A DNA stretch of 64,000 nucleotides, taken from assembly GCA_964598205.1 (NCBI GenBank), contig CAZRBB010000001.1, positions 92,199 through 156,198 of the forward strand, given 5' to 3'. Source of the DNA: an uncultured Candidatus Saccharibacteria bacterium (GTDB taxonomy: Bacteria > Patescibacteriota > Minisyncoccia > CAIUEV01 > JAHKAQ01). This document shows, piece by piece, positions 55,743 to 64,000 of the stretch. The first letter of the stretch is position 1. Each line of letters begins with the position of its first letter. Below the pieces are notes generated by a model. The model saw only the letters and a list, made by a program, of their open reading frames with translations. It did not search any database and was not told where the DNA came from. A program made the translations under genes and the position numbers.

Positions 55743-56747
55743 TCAAGTAAGCTTTTTCTTTAATTCTTCGACCATCTCAACAGGAGAAGGGTCTTGACCA
55801 ATAGACAATGCCAAATAATAAGAAATCCAATCGCCCAAACAAAGAGAGAAGAAGAATCTACAAAGAGTGCTTTTTCCTTTAGCTTCTATCCTTATTACAT
55901 TATATTTCATTTTTGTCAATATATTTTCGGTAATTTTCATTCTTTTTTGATTTCGATGGTGACCATCTTTGTTCCCTAAAGAAATAAAAATAAAGTCTTT
56001 TGGACGGCCGTTTAGGAAACCATTGAATTCGTTATGGTTTAGTTCTGGGTAATAATTCCAAAAAGCGGGTAGTTTGGAATTTTCATTGATTTTTATTTTA
56101 TTAATCATCGCCGCAAATCGTAATTCAAAATCAGCATAAAAAATGGGAATTCTGCCATTTATTTTATTGGCAATTTTCCTTCCTAGTTCTTGAGTCTCTT
56201 GGCAAGTCTCGCTTTTTAAAAATTCAGCCAATTCTAGAACTTCTGCCGATAAGTTTTGGTTTTTTCGGCAATTTTCCAAGACTTTTGTCATGGCGGAAAA
56301 AACTAATGGCAAAGCGTATCGTGGTTGGAAATTAGGGTCGGTAATTCCGTAATAGACCTGAGATATTTTTTCTTTGTCAGCAATTTCTTTTAATCGGCCA
56401 CCACTAGAGAAGATAATGGTGGTAAAATTTTTCCTTCTTGCATTTAGTAAACAATCCAAAGACTCTTCTGTGTTTCCAGAAAAAGAGCTGATAAAAAAAA
56501 GAGGATTTTTTGTTAATTGTTTAGGCAATCCGTAGCCAGAATGAATAATGACAGGCATCTTTAATGGCAAGAGAGAGGCAATTAAATATCCTGGCAGAGC
56601 AGATCCTCCCATTCCGGCAATCACCAAAGAGTCAAAATCTTTTTTTTCTCCAACACCAGCAGCTTTTTCCAAACCGATGGCAAACTGTTTGTGGGTTTCT
56701 GTAATAACTTTCTTTAAATCAAAACGATCAATTATTTTTTGTTTCAT
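55743..56747 (-). CDS. Bifunctional phosphoglucose/phosphomannose isomerase
   Basis: GMGGSA, SFSGNTEE, NENSK, PELNHNE. Confidence 0.92.
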   Translation of the reverse strand: MKQKIIDRFDLKKVITETHKQFAIGLEKAAGVGEKKDFDSLVIAGMGGSALPGYLIASLLPLKMPVIIHSGYGLPKQLTKNPLFFISSFSGNTEESLDCLLNARRKNFTTIIFSSGGRLKEIADKEKISQVYYGITDPNFQPRYALPLVFSAMTKVLENCRKNQNLSAEVLELAEFLKSETCQETQELGRKIANKINGRIPIFYADFELRFAAMINKIKINENSKLPAFWNYYPELNHNEFNGFLNGRPKDFIFISLGNKDGHHRNQKRMKITENILTKMKYNVIRIEAKGKSTLCRFFFSLCLGDWISYYLALSIGQDPSPVEMVEELKKKLT

Positions 56748-56767
56748 TTTGAATAATTATTTTTTGA

Positions 56768-58531
56768 TTATTTCTTAATTCTTTTTTCTCCTAGATACCA
56801 TTTTTCTATATTAGAATAGCGACGAGAAGGGTCTTCTATCATATTAAAGTTAATTCCCCTAACCTTAGAAGATATAGGATAGAGATAGCGGGGAGAATAA
56901 AGGAAGATTGCTGGAATATCGCGATTGATTAATTTTTGAAATTTTAAATAAAGTTCATTTCTTGTTTCTTTATTAACTTCTGCACGCCCTCTATCTAGGA
57001 GTTCGTCAGCTTCAACATTGTCGTAGCTAGCCAAATTTTGCCCAGGACTATTCTTTTCAGCAGAATGCCAATAAGGTCTAGGATCAGGATCCATTTTCAA
57101 AGTTTCGCCGAACAACAATGCTTCGTAATTGCGTGGCTCTATCTTGCTATTACTCAAGTCTCCAACAGAAAGAATCTCAACTGAAACCTCAACACCAATC
57201 TTTTCCCATTGTTCTTTTAATACTTCGGCAGTGCGAACTAATTCGGGGTAGTCAGCTGTAGCTAGCTTAATTTGAAGGGGCTCTCCATTTGGAGAAAAAA
57301 GAATTTCTTTTGGATTATCTTCAGATATTTTCTTAAATTTCCACTTAGCGTTTTTTAAAATTTCCTTAGCCTTGTCTGGCTGGCAATTTCTCTGAGTAAA
57401 ACCTTCTTTTCCCAAAATAGGGAGAGAGATAATAGGGGAATAAGTTGGATCGCCTTTTTGATGCAACGCTTTTTCTAATATTTCTTCACGGCAAGTAGCC
57501 CAGTCCAGAGCTTCGCGGACATCTTCTTGAGCCAATATTTTGCTTTGATAAATGTTCAAAAAAACAGCATAGTAACGGGGAAGTTTTATTTCTTCAAGAT
57601 TTATCTTAGAAGAAGGTAATGTTATTTTGTCTAAGTAGCGGTGAGAAAGGTTATTAATTGCCATCACCTTTCCCTGATTTAAAAGCTCAATTGCTTCGGT
57701 CTCACTGCCCAAGAATTTTAAAAGGATAGTTTCTATATAAGGAGCTCCTAGGTAATAATTACGATTTACTTTAAGAACAATCTGATCAATCGATCCGTCG
57801 GCTTTTTTCTCTAGTCTTAAAAATTGGTAAGGACCGGAACCAATAGGGGCTTTGTTAAATTCAGAGAGCTGGAAATCTTCTGGGCCAACATCTTGCCAAA
57901 TATGCTTAGGCAGAATGCCAAAGGTAAGATTATGCAAAAAAGGAGTAAACGGTTTTTTTAGGGAGAAAATAATTTGATTTTTTCCTTCAGTACGAGCTTC
58001 AATTCCTGTCCAATTAGGATAAAGAGGGGAGTTGTAACGGGAATTTTTAAGAGTGTTAACCGTAAAAAGAACATCTTCCACAGTAAGAGGAGTGCCATCG
58101 TGAAACAAGAGATTGTCTTTTAGAGTAATGGTGTATTCAGTCCGCTCTTCGTTAGCCTTCCATCCAGAAGCTAGATCGTTAATTAACTCACCATTATCAC
58201 TGTATTTCATTAACCCAGAATAAACTAACTGAACAATGCTTTTATCGGCTTCGCTGGCCTTAGCCAAAACGGGGTTTAAATATTCTGGCTTACCAACAAT
58301 CGCTTCGGTTAGCGTGCCACCAGAAGCTGGAACAACGATGGTCTTTTTTAAATAAAAATTGAAAAGTGACCATGGTAGCGCTAAGAAAAAGACAAAAAAA
58401 GCAACAAAAAGAAATATTCTTTCTTTCTTGCTTAAACTTGTTCCTAAATTAGTTAGGATTAAAGGAACAGTTTTTATCCAACGCTCAAATCTGGAAAATA
58501 ATTTAGCAATAAAAAACATTTGGTTAACCAA
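56768..58531 (-). CDS. ABC transporter peptide-binding protein (family 5)
   Basis: GGTLTE, LNP, FHDG.PLT.EDV.FT, PIGSGPY. Confidence 0.9.
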   Translation of the reverse strand: MVNQMFFIAKLFSRFERWIKTVPLILTNLGTSLSKKERIFLFVAFFVFFLALPWSLFNFYLKKTIVVPASGGTLTEAIVGKPEYLNPVLAKASEADKSIVQLVYSGLMKYSDNGELINDLASGWKANEERTEYTITLKDNLLFHDGTPLTVEDVLFTVNTLKNSRYNSPLYPNWTGIEARTEGKNQIIFSLKKPFTPFLHNLTFGILPKHIWQDVGPEDFQLSEFNKAPIGSGPYQFLRLEKKADGSIDQIVLKVNRNYYLGAPYIETILLKFLGSETEAIELLNQGKVMAINNLSHRYLDKITLPSSKINLEEIKLPRYYAVFLNIYQSKILAQEDVREALDWATCREEILEKALHQKGDPTYSPIISLPILGKEGFTQRNCQPDKAKEILKNAKWKFKKISEDNPKEILFSPNGEPLQIKLATADYPELVRTAEVLKEQWEKIGVEVSVEILSVGDLSNSKIEPRNYEALLFGETLKMDPDPRPYWHSAEKNSPGQNLASYDNVEADELLDRGRAEVNKETRNELYLKFQKLINRDIPAIFLYSPRYLYPISSKVRGINFNMIEDPSRRYSNIEKWYLGEKRIKK

Positions 58532-58745
58532 TAATTAATCTAGCAAGTGCTGAGCCAACAAAGAGAATAGAGAAAATAATTGTTCCAAAAAAAAGAAGTT
58601 TATCTAACCCTCTTTTAACATGGTAAGACTCAATATCTCCGCCGAAAATACCCGAAACGCCACCACCACGGTTCTGCAAAAGAACGAAGATAATAATCAA
58701 AACAGAGGACAAGACATTGATTATAGAAATCCAATTTTGAATCAT
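58524..58745 (-). CDS. secG: Preprotein translocase SecG
   Basis: VLLQNRGGG..FGG...KRGLDK. Confidence 0.92.
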   Translation of the reverse strand: MIQNWISIINVLSSVLIIIFVLLQNRGGGVSGIFGGDIESYHVKRGLDKLLFFGTIIFSILFVGSALARLIIG

Positions 58746-58748
58746 AGT

Positions 58749-59096
58749 TTACTCTTTATGGTCTAGAATCATATTAACGGAATAGTTAGTTAAAGCAATA
58801 ATAATAATTCCCCAAAATGCCGGCCAAAATCCGGCAATAGAAAGACCAGGAACCAAAAGGGCGGTCGCAATTAAAAGAGCAATATTAATTAGCAGAGTAA
58901 AAATTCCCAAAGAAAGAATGATTAGTGGAGCCAAAATAAGCTTTAGGATTGGTTTAACCAAAAAATTAGCTCCTCCAAGAATTGCCCCAGCCAAAATTAA
59001 TTGTCCCCAAGATCCAGAAAATTCAATACCCGGCAAAAGGTATGCGGCCAAAATTATAGCCAAAGAGTTGCTGGCAATCTGAATTAAAATTTTCAT
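58749..59096 (-). CDS. YvlD-like (phage holin family) membrane protein
   Basis: N.LVKPILK..P...LSLGIF.LLIN. Confidence 0.88.
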   Translation of the reverse strand: MKILIQIASNSLAIILAAYLLPGIEFSGSWGQLILAGAILGGANFLVKPILKLILAPLIILSLGIFTLLINIALLIATALLVPGLSIAGFWPAFWGIIIIALTNYSVNMILDHKE

Positions 59097-60259
59097 TACT
59101 CTTCTACCTTAATAATTATCCGGTTTTCCATTTCCGGAACCGTTTTCCTAAAGGATGGCCAGAAATCCACTTTAATGGATTCTATTTCTTTAAAATTAGC
59201 AAAATGAGCTCGCAATGCTCTTTCGTTATAGCCTTTTATTTCCTCTGGATTAAATACCTTAGAAGACAATTTAGGACGGAATTTTCCGTTCACGCTAACC
59301 TTAATTGTAGCACTTCCGTTGTCATTGTTTATTCCTTCTAGCTGATAATCTAAAGATTCAGGGTTGTATTCCAAAAATTCCTGATCTTCTTCGCTCATCG
59401 ACTCTAGCTTGCCTTTGATCAAGGCTAAGAGGTCGGTTTCTTTAAAAACAGCAGCGGTAGTTTTGGCGGTTAATTCCAAGGAGAAGTTGTTGGTTTCAAA
59501 AGGAGCGGCAACATCGGAATGAAAAAAGGTAAGAGAGCTTAGAGAATTTTTACGGCTCAATTCTTCACCTTCTCTTAATTTTTCCCTAATGCTATCTAAG
59601 TTTTTATTGATTAATTCTTGATAAATCTCGTTTTTTGACACTTCAATATCACCTTCGGTAACCAGAGTAGCAGTACGGATGCCACCAGAAAAAGCTTCGT
59701 CGCTTTTGGCGGTCACCTTCTCATTCATAAAAGTATCGTATTTTTCAAAGTTAAAATCTGATGGGGGAATGTGACCGGTTAATCCCTTGGTAAGAGCCAT
59801 TACCTCTACTGTTCGGCTTTTGCTTCGATAAACCACAAAGTCTTCCGTAAAAGCGGCCTTTTCTTGGGAGTTACCATTTTTAACAAAAATAACTTCTCCC
59901 TTTTTAAATCCCTGGGCTCGAGTGTAACCATTATAAATAGTCACTTTTCCTTTTGCATTCTCTTCTATTTTTTTTGGTGGAATATCTTTAAAAGCTTTGC
60001 CAGTGCTGTTTTCTTGAGTAAGTAATACGCCACGGATCGAACTTTTTTCTGAGTTAAAAGTGATAGTTTCTGAATTAAGAGTAATCTCTATTTCCAGCTT
60101 CTTATTTTCTGTTTTAGGAATCAGGGTGATTACTGTTCGAGAAAGAATAAAATAGAAAGAAGAAAGAGAAATAATAATAGCAAAAACAATAAACCAAAAA
60201 AGTATTTTTTTGTAAGAAACTCCGGAATCATACTGACCTAAGTGTTCTACTTGGCTCAT
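59096..60259 (-). CDS. Hypothetical membrane-anchored protein
   Basis: TM, AKGKVTIYN, FSGG, FWP; start set at 60259 to avoid overlap with rnc. Confidence 0.75.
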   Translation of the reverse strand: MSQVEHLGQYDSGVSYKKILFWFIVFAIIISLSSFYFILSRTVITLIPKTENKKLEIEITLNSETITFNSEKSSIRGVLLTQENSTGKAFKDIPPKKIEENAKGKVTIYNGYTRAQGFKKGEVIFVKNGNSQEKAAFTEDFVVYRSKSRTVEVMALTKGLTGHIPPSDFNFEKYDTFMNEKVTAKSDEAFSGGIRTATLVTEGDIEVSKNEIYQELINKNLDSIREKLREGEELSRKNSLSSLTFFHSDVAAPFETNNFSLELTAKTTAAVFKETDLLALIKGKLESMSEEDQEFLEYNPESLDYQLEGINNDNGSATIKVSVNGKFRPKLSSKVFNPEEIKGYNERALRAHFANFKEIESIKVDFWPSFRKTVPEMENRIIIKVEE

Positions 60260-60266
60260 ATTTTTA

Positions 60267-60959
60267 TTATTCCCACTCTTTTTTATAAAGACTTTTATTG
60301 GCTGCGCTTTGTTGGGCTTCCTGTTTACTTTTACCAACACCCTCTCCAACCAATTCCTTGCCTAAATAAGCACCGACAATAAAACTCTTATCATGATCTG
60401 GTCCAGACTGGGAAATCGTTTTATAAGAAGGAGTAATTCCTAATTTCTCTTGAGCTTTTTCTTGGAATAAGCTTTTGGCGTCTCTGTAAAGCTGATTTTT
60501 AATAATCCTAGGAAGTCCTGTAACAATATTTTTCAATACAAAGTCTTTAGCTTTTTCATAGCCCTGATCAAGATAAATAGCGCCAATGATTGCTTCTATA
60601 GTATTAGCTAAGAGATAATTACGACTCCTCTCTTGGGATCTAGCTTCGCCTTTACTTAGGAAAAGATAATTTTCCAGTCCGATTTTTTGACCGACTTTAG
60701 TTAGGTTATCTCCCTTAACCAAAGATGATCGGAGATTGGTTAATTCTCCTTCGGGCTTGTCATATTCCAAAAAAAGATATTCGGTGACGATTAATTCTAA
60801 AACGGCGTCTCCTAAAAATTCCATCCTCTCATTATGCTCCAGTTTTTCTTTTTTATGTTCATTAAGATAAGAGCGGTGAATAAGAGCGTTCTGTAATAAT
60901 TCCGGTTGGTTAAAAATTAAACCCAATTTATCGCATAGTGCTTTTGCTCGATCTTCCAT
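60267..60959 (-). CDS. rnc: Ribonuclease III
   Basis: HNERMEFLGDAVL, dsRBD with GPDHDK. Confidence 0.97.
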   Translation of the reverse strand: MEDRAKALCDKLGLIFNQPELLQNALIHRSYLNEHKKEKLEHNERMEFLGDAVLELIVTEYLFLEYDKPEGELTNLRSSLVKGDNLTKVGQKIGLENYLFLSKGEARSQERSRNYLLANTIEAIIGAIYLDQGYEKAKDFVLKNIVTGLPRIIKNQLYRDAKSLFQEKAQEKLGITPSYKTISQSGPDHDKSFIVGAYLGKELVGEGVGKSKQEAQQSAANKSLYKKEWE

Positions 60960-61403
60960 TTAAGTTTCCTTTATTAATGATTTTTCCGGAATTTGGCGGT
61001 AAATTGTTCCCAAAACTCCGTTAATGAACTTTCCCGAAGATCCTCCTCCATAGGCCTTAGCCAATTCAATTGCTTCGTTGATTGCCACCTTGGGTGGGAC
61101 TTCTTCTTGATTACAAAAAAGTAGTTCAAAAATTCCCAGGCGCAACACATTGCGGTCAATGCCAGAGATTTGTTCCAATGGCCATTCTGGAGCTGCTTTT
61201 TGGATTAACTGATCAATCAATGTTCTTTTTTTGAGCACACCCCTAATCAACTGATTAACAAACTCAGGATCAATGCTTTCGTTGAATTTTTGAATATTTC
61301 TTTGGGTTATTTGTTCTATTTCATCATTAAGAGGAGATTTTTTAAAATCCCACTCATACAAAGTCTGAAGAGCCACTTGTCGGCTAAGGTGCCTACTATT
61401 CAT
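60960..61403 (-). CDS. nusB: Transcription antitermination factor NusB
   Basis: [33 protein letters not shown]. Confidence 0.97.
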   Translation of the reverse strand: MNSRHLSRQVALQTLYEWDFKKSPLNDEIEQITQRNIQKFNESIDPEFVNQLIRGVLKKRTLIDQLIQKAAPEWPLEQISGIDRNVLRLGIFELLFCNQEEVPPKVAINEAIELAKAYGGGSSGKFINGVLGTIYRQIPEKSLIKET

Positions 61404-61413
61404 TAGATAGAAT

Positions 61414-61620
61414 CTATTTCTTTAATTTCTTTTGAGACTTGAAAGAAAGGACCTCAATAATTTTTCTTCCTTTGTAAAATCCGCAGTTAGCGCAGACCAC
61501 ATGGCTTAACTTCATTTTACCGCAATTAGAACACTTTACTAACTGTTTCGGTTTTAGGGCCTGATGACTGCGACGACGGCGAGAACGAGACTTGGAATGT
61601 CTTTGTTTGGGATTAGGCAT
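61414..61620 (-). CDS. rpmF: 50S ribosomal protein L32
   Basis: [18 protein letters not shown]...[11 protein letters not shown]. Confidence 0.96.
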   Translation of the reverse strand: MPNPKQRHSKSRSRRRRSHQALKPKQLVKCSNCGKMKLSHVVCANCGFYKGRKIIEVLSFKSQKKLKK

Positions 61621-61680
61621 CTTTGATCGGATTATTCTTTAATTCGGACACTGGCATCATAATTCAAGTTATAAAAATTT

Positions 61681-62301
61681 TCAAGCTGTTTTTTTTCCAA
61701 GCATCTTTTTTATAGGTTTAAAGCTTTGACGATGAATGGAGCAGGGACCGAATTTATTTAAAGTCTCCTCATGAAGCTTGGTTCCGTAGCCTTTATGCTT
61801 GGCAAAAAAATATTCTGGATAATCAGAATCCATGTTTCTTAGGATTTCGTCTCTTTTAACTTTAGCCAAAATAGAAGCAGCCGAAATTAAACAAACCAAA
61901 TCATCTCCATGAGTAATAGCAGTTTGCCTGATTGTTACATCGGGAATCAATTGGTTTCCGTCTATTAAAAGTAGAGCGGGTTTTTGAGGTAAAGAGGAAA
62001 TCGCTTGCCGCATTGCTAGGAAGGTGGCTAAAAGAATGTTTGATTGATCGATTATGGTGGAATTTACAATGCCAATTCCAAAAGAAAAATTGGCAATTAT
62101 TTTTTCCGCCAAAGCCTCTCTTTTTTTTGGAGAAAGTTTTTTTGAGTCTTTAGGATCAATCTCTAAGAGTAAAGGAAGTTGAGATTGGTCAATAGAAACA
62201 GCTGCGGCTACCACTGGTCCAGCCCAAGAACCCCTTCCGGCTTCGTCTATTCCGCAAATAGTTGGAAACCTAGTAAATGCTTTTTGAAAATCAAAAGTCA
62301 A
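61681..62301 (-). CDS. rnhB: Ribonuclease HII
   Basis: GIDEAGRG, DSKKL, IDGN, AASILAK, KGYGT. Confidence 0.96.
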   Translation of the reverse strand: MTFDFQKAFTRFPTICGIDEAGRGSWAGPVVAAAVSIDQSQLPLLLEIDPKDSKKLSPKKREALAEKIIANFSFGIGIVNSTIIDQSNILLATFLAMRQAISSLPQKPALLLIDGNQLIPDVTIRQTAITHGDDLVCLISAASILAKVKRDEILRNMDSDYPEYFFAKHKGYGTKLHEETLNKFGPCSIHRQSFKPIKKMLGKKTA

Positions 62302-62641
62302 GGGAATTGTTTTTAAAAAACTTTTTTAGGACAACGATAAAAAGGAAGCTACTGGCGATTAGAATAGCAGACCAAAAATCACGAGAATAAAAAAATAAGC
62401 CACCCAAAATAGCCGGAGGAATTGCTAAGAAAAGAAAATGATTACTAAGGAGTGGGGGGGGATTTTTATCGGCAGGGGATAATTTAATAAATAAAAATCC
62501 CAGAACAACAATTAAAACAGGGATAGCGCCAAGAGGTAGGGACCGTGAGACCATTCCTAGGCTGATCCAGTCAAGAAGTAGCAATAGAAAATAATATCCA
62601 GATAAGGAAAGAAGAATATGTTTTAAGGTGAAAAGAAGCAT
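62291..62641 (-). CDS. Hypothetical membrane protein
   Basis: Four hydrophobic segments, operonic. Confidence 0.7.
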   Translation of the reverse strand: MLLFTLKHILLSLSGYYFLLLLLDWISLGMVSRSLPLGAIPVLIVVLGFLFIKLSPADKNPPPLLSNHFLFLAIPPAILGGLFFYSRDFWSAILIASSFLFIVVLKKFFKNNSLDF

Positions 62642-62648
62642 GCTTAAA

Positions 62649-63647
62649 TTAATTTTTTAGCGGAGAAAGGAATTTTTTAAAATTCAAAAAATTAAAGCTT
62701 CGTGAAAATTCTACCCGAATTGACTTTATTTTCATACCCGAAGAAAGAGTAAAATAATAGTCGCCACCATCATTATTTTTAAAATCATGATCTAGTTTAA
62801 ATTGGCAGCGACCAGAAACGGGGTGGCAAACTCGCTCTTCTTGGTTAAATGGGAGAGTGAGGGCTGTTACGGTTTCATAGTTTATTCCCCTTTCCTGTTC
62901 GTTAATAGGAATGAGCGTTCCATTTTGAACTAAAAAATAATTTTGGGTCCCTTTTTGCTGAATAATAGTTCCGTCAGGATGAAACAAAATTGGGTAAAGA
63001 ACAGTGTTGACGGAGGAATGAAGCCGAAGCTCTTCTTTGGTTGCTGGAATAATTTTTTCCCAAGAATAACCCAAGTATTCCAAAATTAAAGGGGAGGGAA
63101 ACAGAATTTTCATTCCATTACTTATTAAAAAAATTTGTTTTTCATCACTAATCAGAACTCCTTCTCTAAAGCCAGCTGGTTTTAGGGCTAGGGTTAATTT
63201 TTGCCGTTCTTCTGCGGTCATTAGAGGAATTGTCTCTTTGTTCTTTGTGTAACTCTTTAAAATATTCTCAGTGGGAATGAGTTGTTTTTCTTTTTCGGAA
63301 ACTAAATAAAAATTGTCTCTGTCTTTTTTTATTTTAAGAGCGGGGACGGGCTCTTTTGAAATAGGATAAAAAGTGGCGGCGAATCCCTTTTTTAGAATAA
63401 CGGTTTCTTCTTTTTCAGTCTTTTCTTCGGTTTCTAACATTAGATTGATAACGCCAAAATCAGCCAAAGGAGCCAAGAAAAAGGAATTTTTTTGATCAAT
63501 AACCAAAGATGATTCTTCTAGTTTTTCTTTTTGATAAAGATAAACTTGTTTTGGGAAAATCAAGTTTATTAAAAAAAATATGCCCAAAACAAAAGGCAAA
63601 CCATAGACTGCAATCAAGATTATTTTCTTTAAAAACGATTTTTTCAT
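62649..63647 (-). CDS. Hypothetical membrane-anchored protein
   Basis: N-terminal TM; repeated xxG(T/V)LI...YL(V/I)..G units. Confidence 0.75.
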   Translation of the reverse strand: MKKSFLKKIILIAVYGLPFVLGIFFLINLIFPKQVYLYQKEKLEESSLVIDQKNSFFLAPLADFGVINLMLETEEKTEKEETVILKKGFAATFYPISKEPVPALKIKKDRDNFYLVSEKEKQLIPTENILKSYTKNKETIPLMTAEERQKLTLALKPAGFREGVLISDEKQIFLISNGMKILFPSPLILEYLGYSWEKIIPATKEELRLHSSVNTVLYPILFHPDGTIIQQKGTQNYFLVQNGTLIPINEQERGINYETVTALTLPFNQEERVCHPVSGRCQFKLDHDFKNNDGGDYYFTLSSGMKIKSIRVEFSRSFNFLNFKKFLSPLKN

Positions 63648-63654
63648 TTATCTA

Positions 63655-64000
63655 TTATTTTATTTCGTAAATGGCGCTTTCCTTTTTTTCTTCAATTAAA
63701 ACAGGGAGAACGATTGGCTTTTTAAAATCGGTTTTTTTATTAAACGGCGCCGTCTTTAGTTGGGAAAAGGTCAAAGAAAAGTCGTCCTTCTTACCTTTAA
63801 GATAGGGACCATAATCAAGCGCAGCTTCTGGGGAGGCTAAGAGATAAGCTTTAGGAAACTTATCTTTGGGTATCTTAGCGAGATCTTGGGGATTGTAAAT
63901 ATAAACGGTGTTTAAACCAAAAAGAAAACGCAACGGTTCAGAAATTAAACTCCAATCGTTAGGAGAAACGCTTTTATCTATCAAAATCAAATCGTCTTTT
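63655..64000 (-). CDS. C-terminal part of a protein truncated by the window edge
   Basis: Open frame continues to the window end. Confidence 0.65.
   Translation of the reverse strand, partial: KDDLILIDKSVSPNDWSLISEPLRFLFGLNTVYIYNPQDLAKIPKDKFPKAYLLASPEAALDYGPYLKGKKDDFSLTFSQLKTAPFNKKTDFKKPIVLPVLIEEKKESAIYEIK

Noticed and set aside
58749-60259. Prophage suggested by holin-family and baseplate-like genes
   Set aside because: Embedded in the rnc-secG housekeeping run with no phage structural or replication genes.

Overview
AT-rich bacterial chromosome segment using the standard code (TGA is used as stop, e.g. porB). Gene content points to a Patescibacteria/CPR (Parcubacteria-like) genome; this is inferred from T4SS-type pilins, a short PheT, the rnc-nusB-rpmF-secG cluster, many orphan Cys-rich secreted proteins and few Shine-Dalgarno sites. 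Housekeeping genes: rpmG, rpmF, pheST, trpS, dnaE, rnj, rnc, rnhB, nusB, secG, htpX, mrdA, a four-subunit pyruvate:ferredoxin oxidoreductase operon, dTDP-rhamnose genes, PMM and PGI/PMI. There are seven tRNAs (Gln, Glu, Met, Ala, Val, Lys, Leu). No integrase, transposase, reverse transcriptase or Cas gene is visible. Main unexplained structure: (1) a ~170-190 nt GC-rich multi-hairpin element with a shared core directly behind both tRNA-Gln and tRNA-Glu, each ending in a copy of its own tRNA's 3' sequence; (2) three copies of the tRNA-Glu 3' end delimiting a glycosyltransferase mini-island; (3) radical-SAM-fold proteins that have lost all three cluster cysteines in three separate domains; (4) a pilin/Cys-module/lytic-transglycosylase fusion with a homopolymer-frameshifted paralog; (5) an attenuator-preceded ATP-grasp-like gene bracketed by GGACTTACGCG-type palindromes; (6) an unassigned ~130 nt structured RNA candidate. 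All assignments come from manual motif recognition; no database search or folding program was run.
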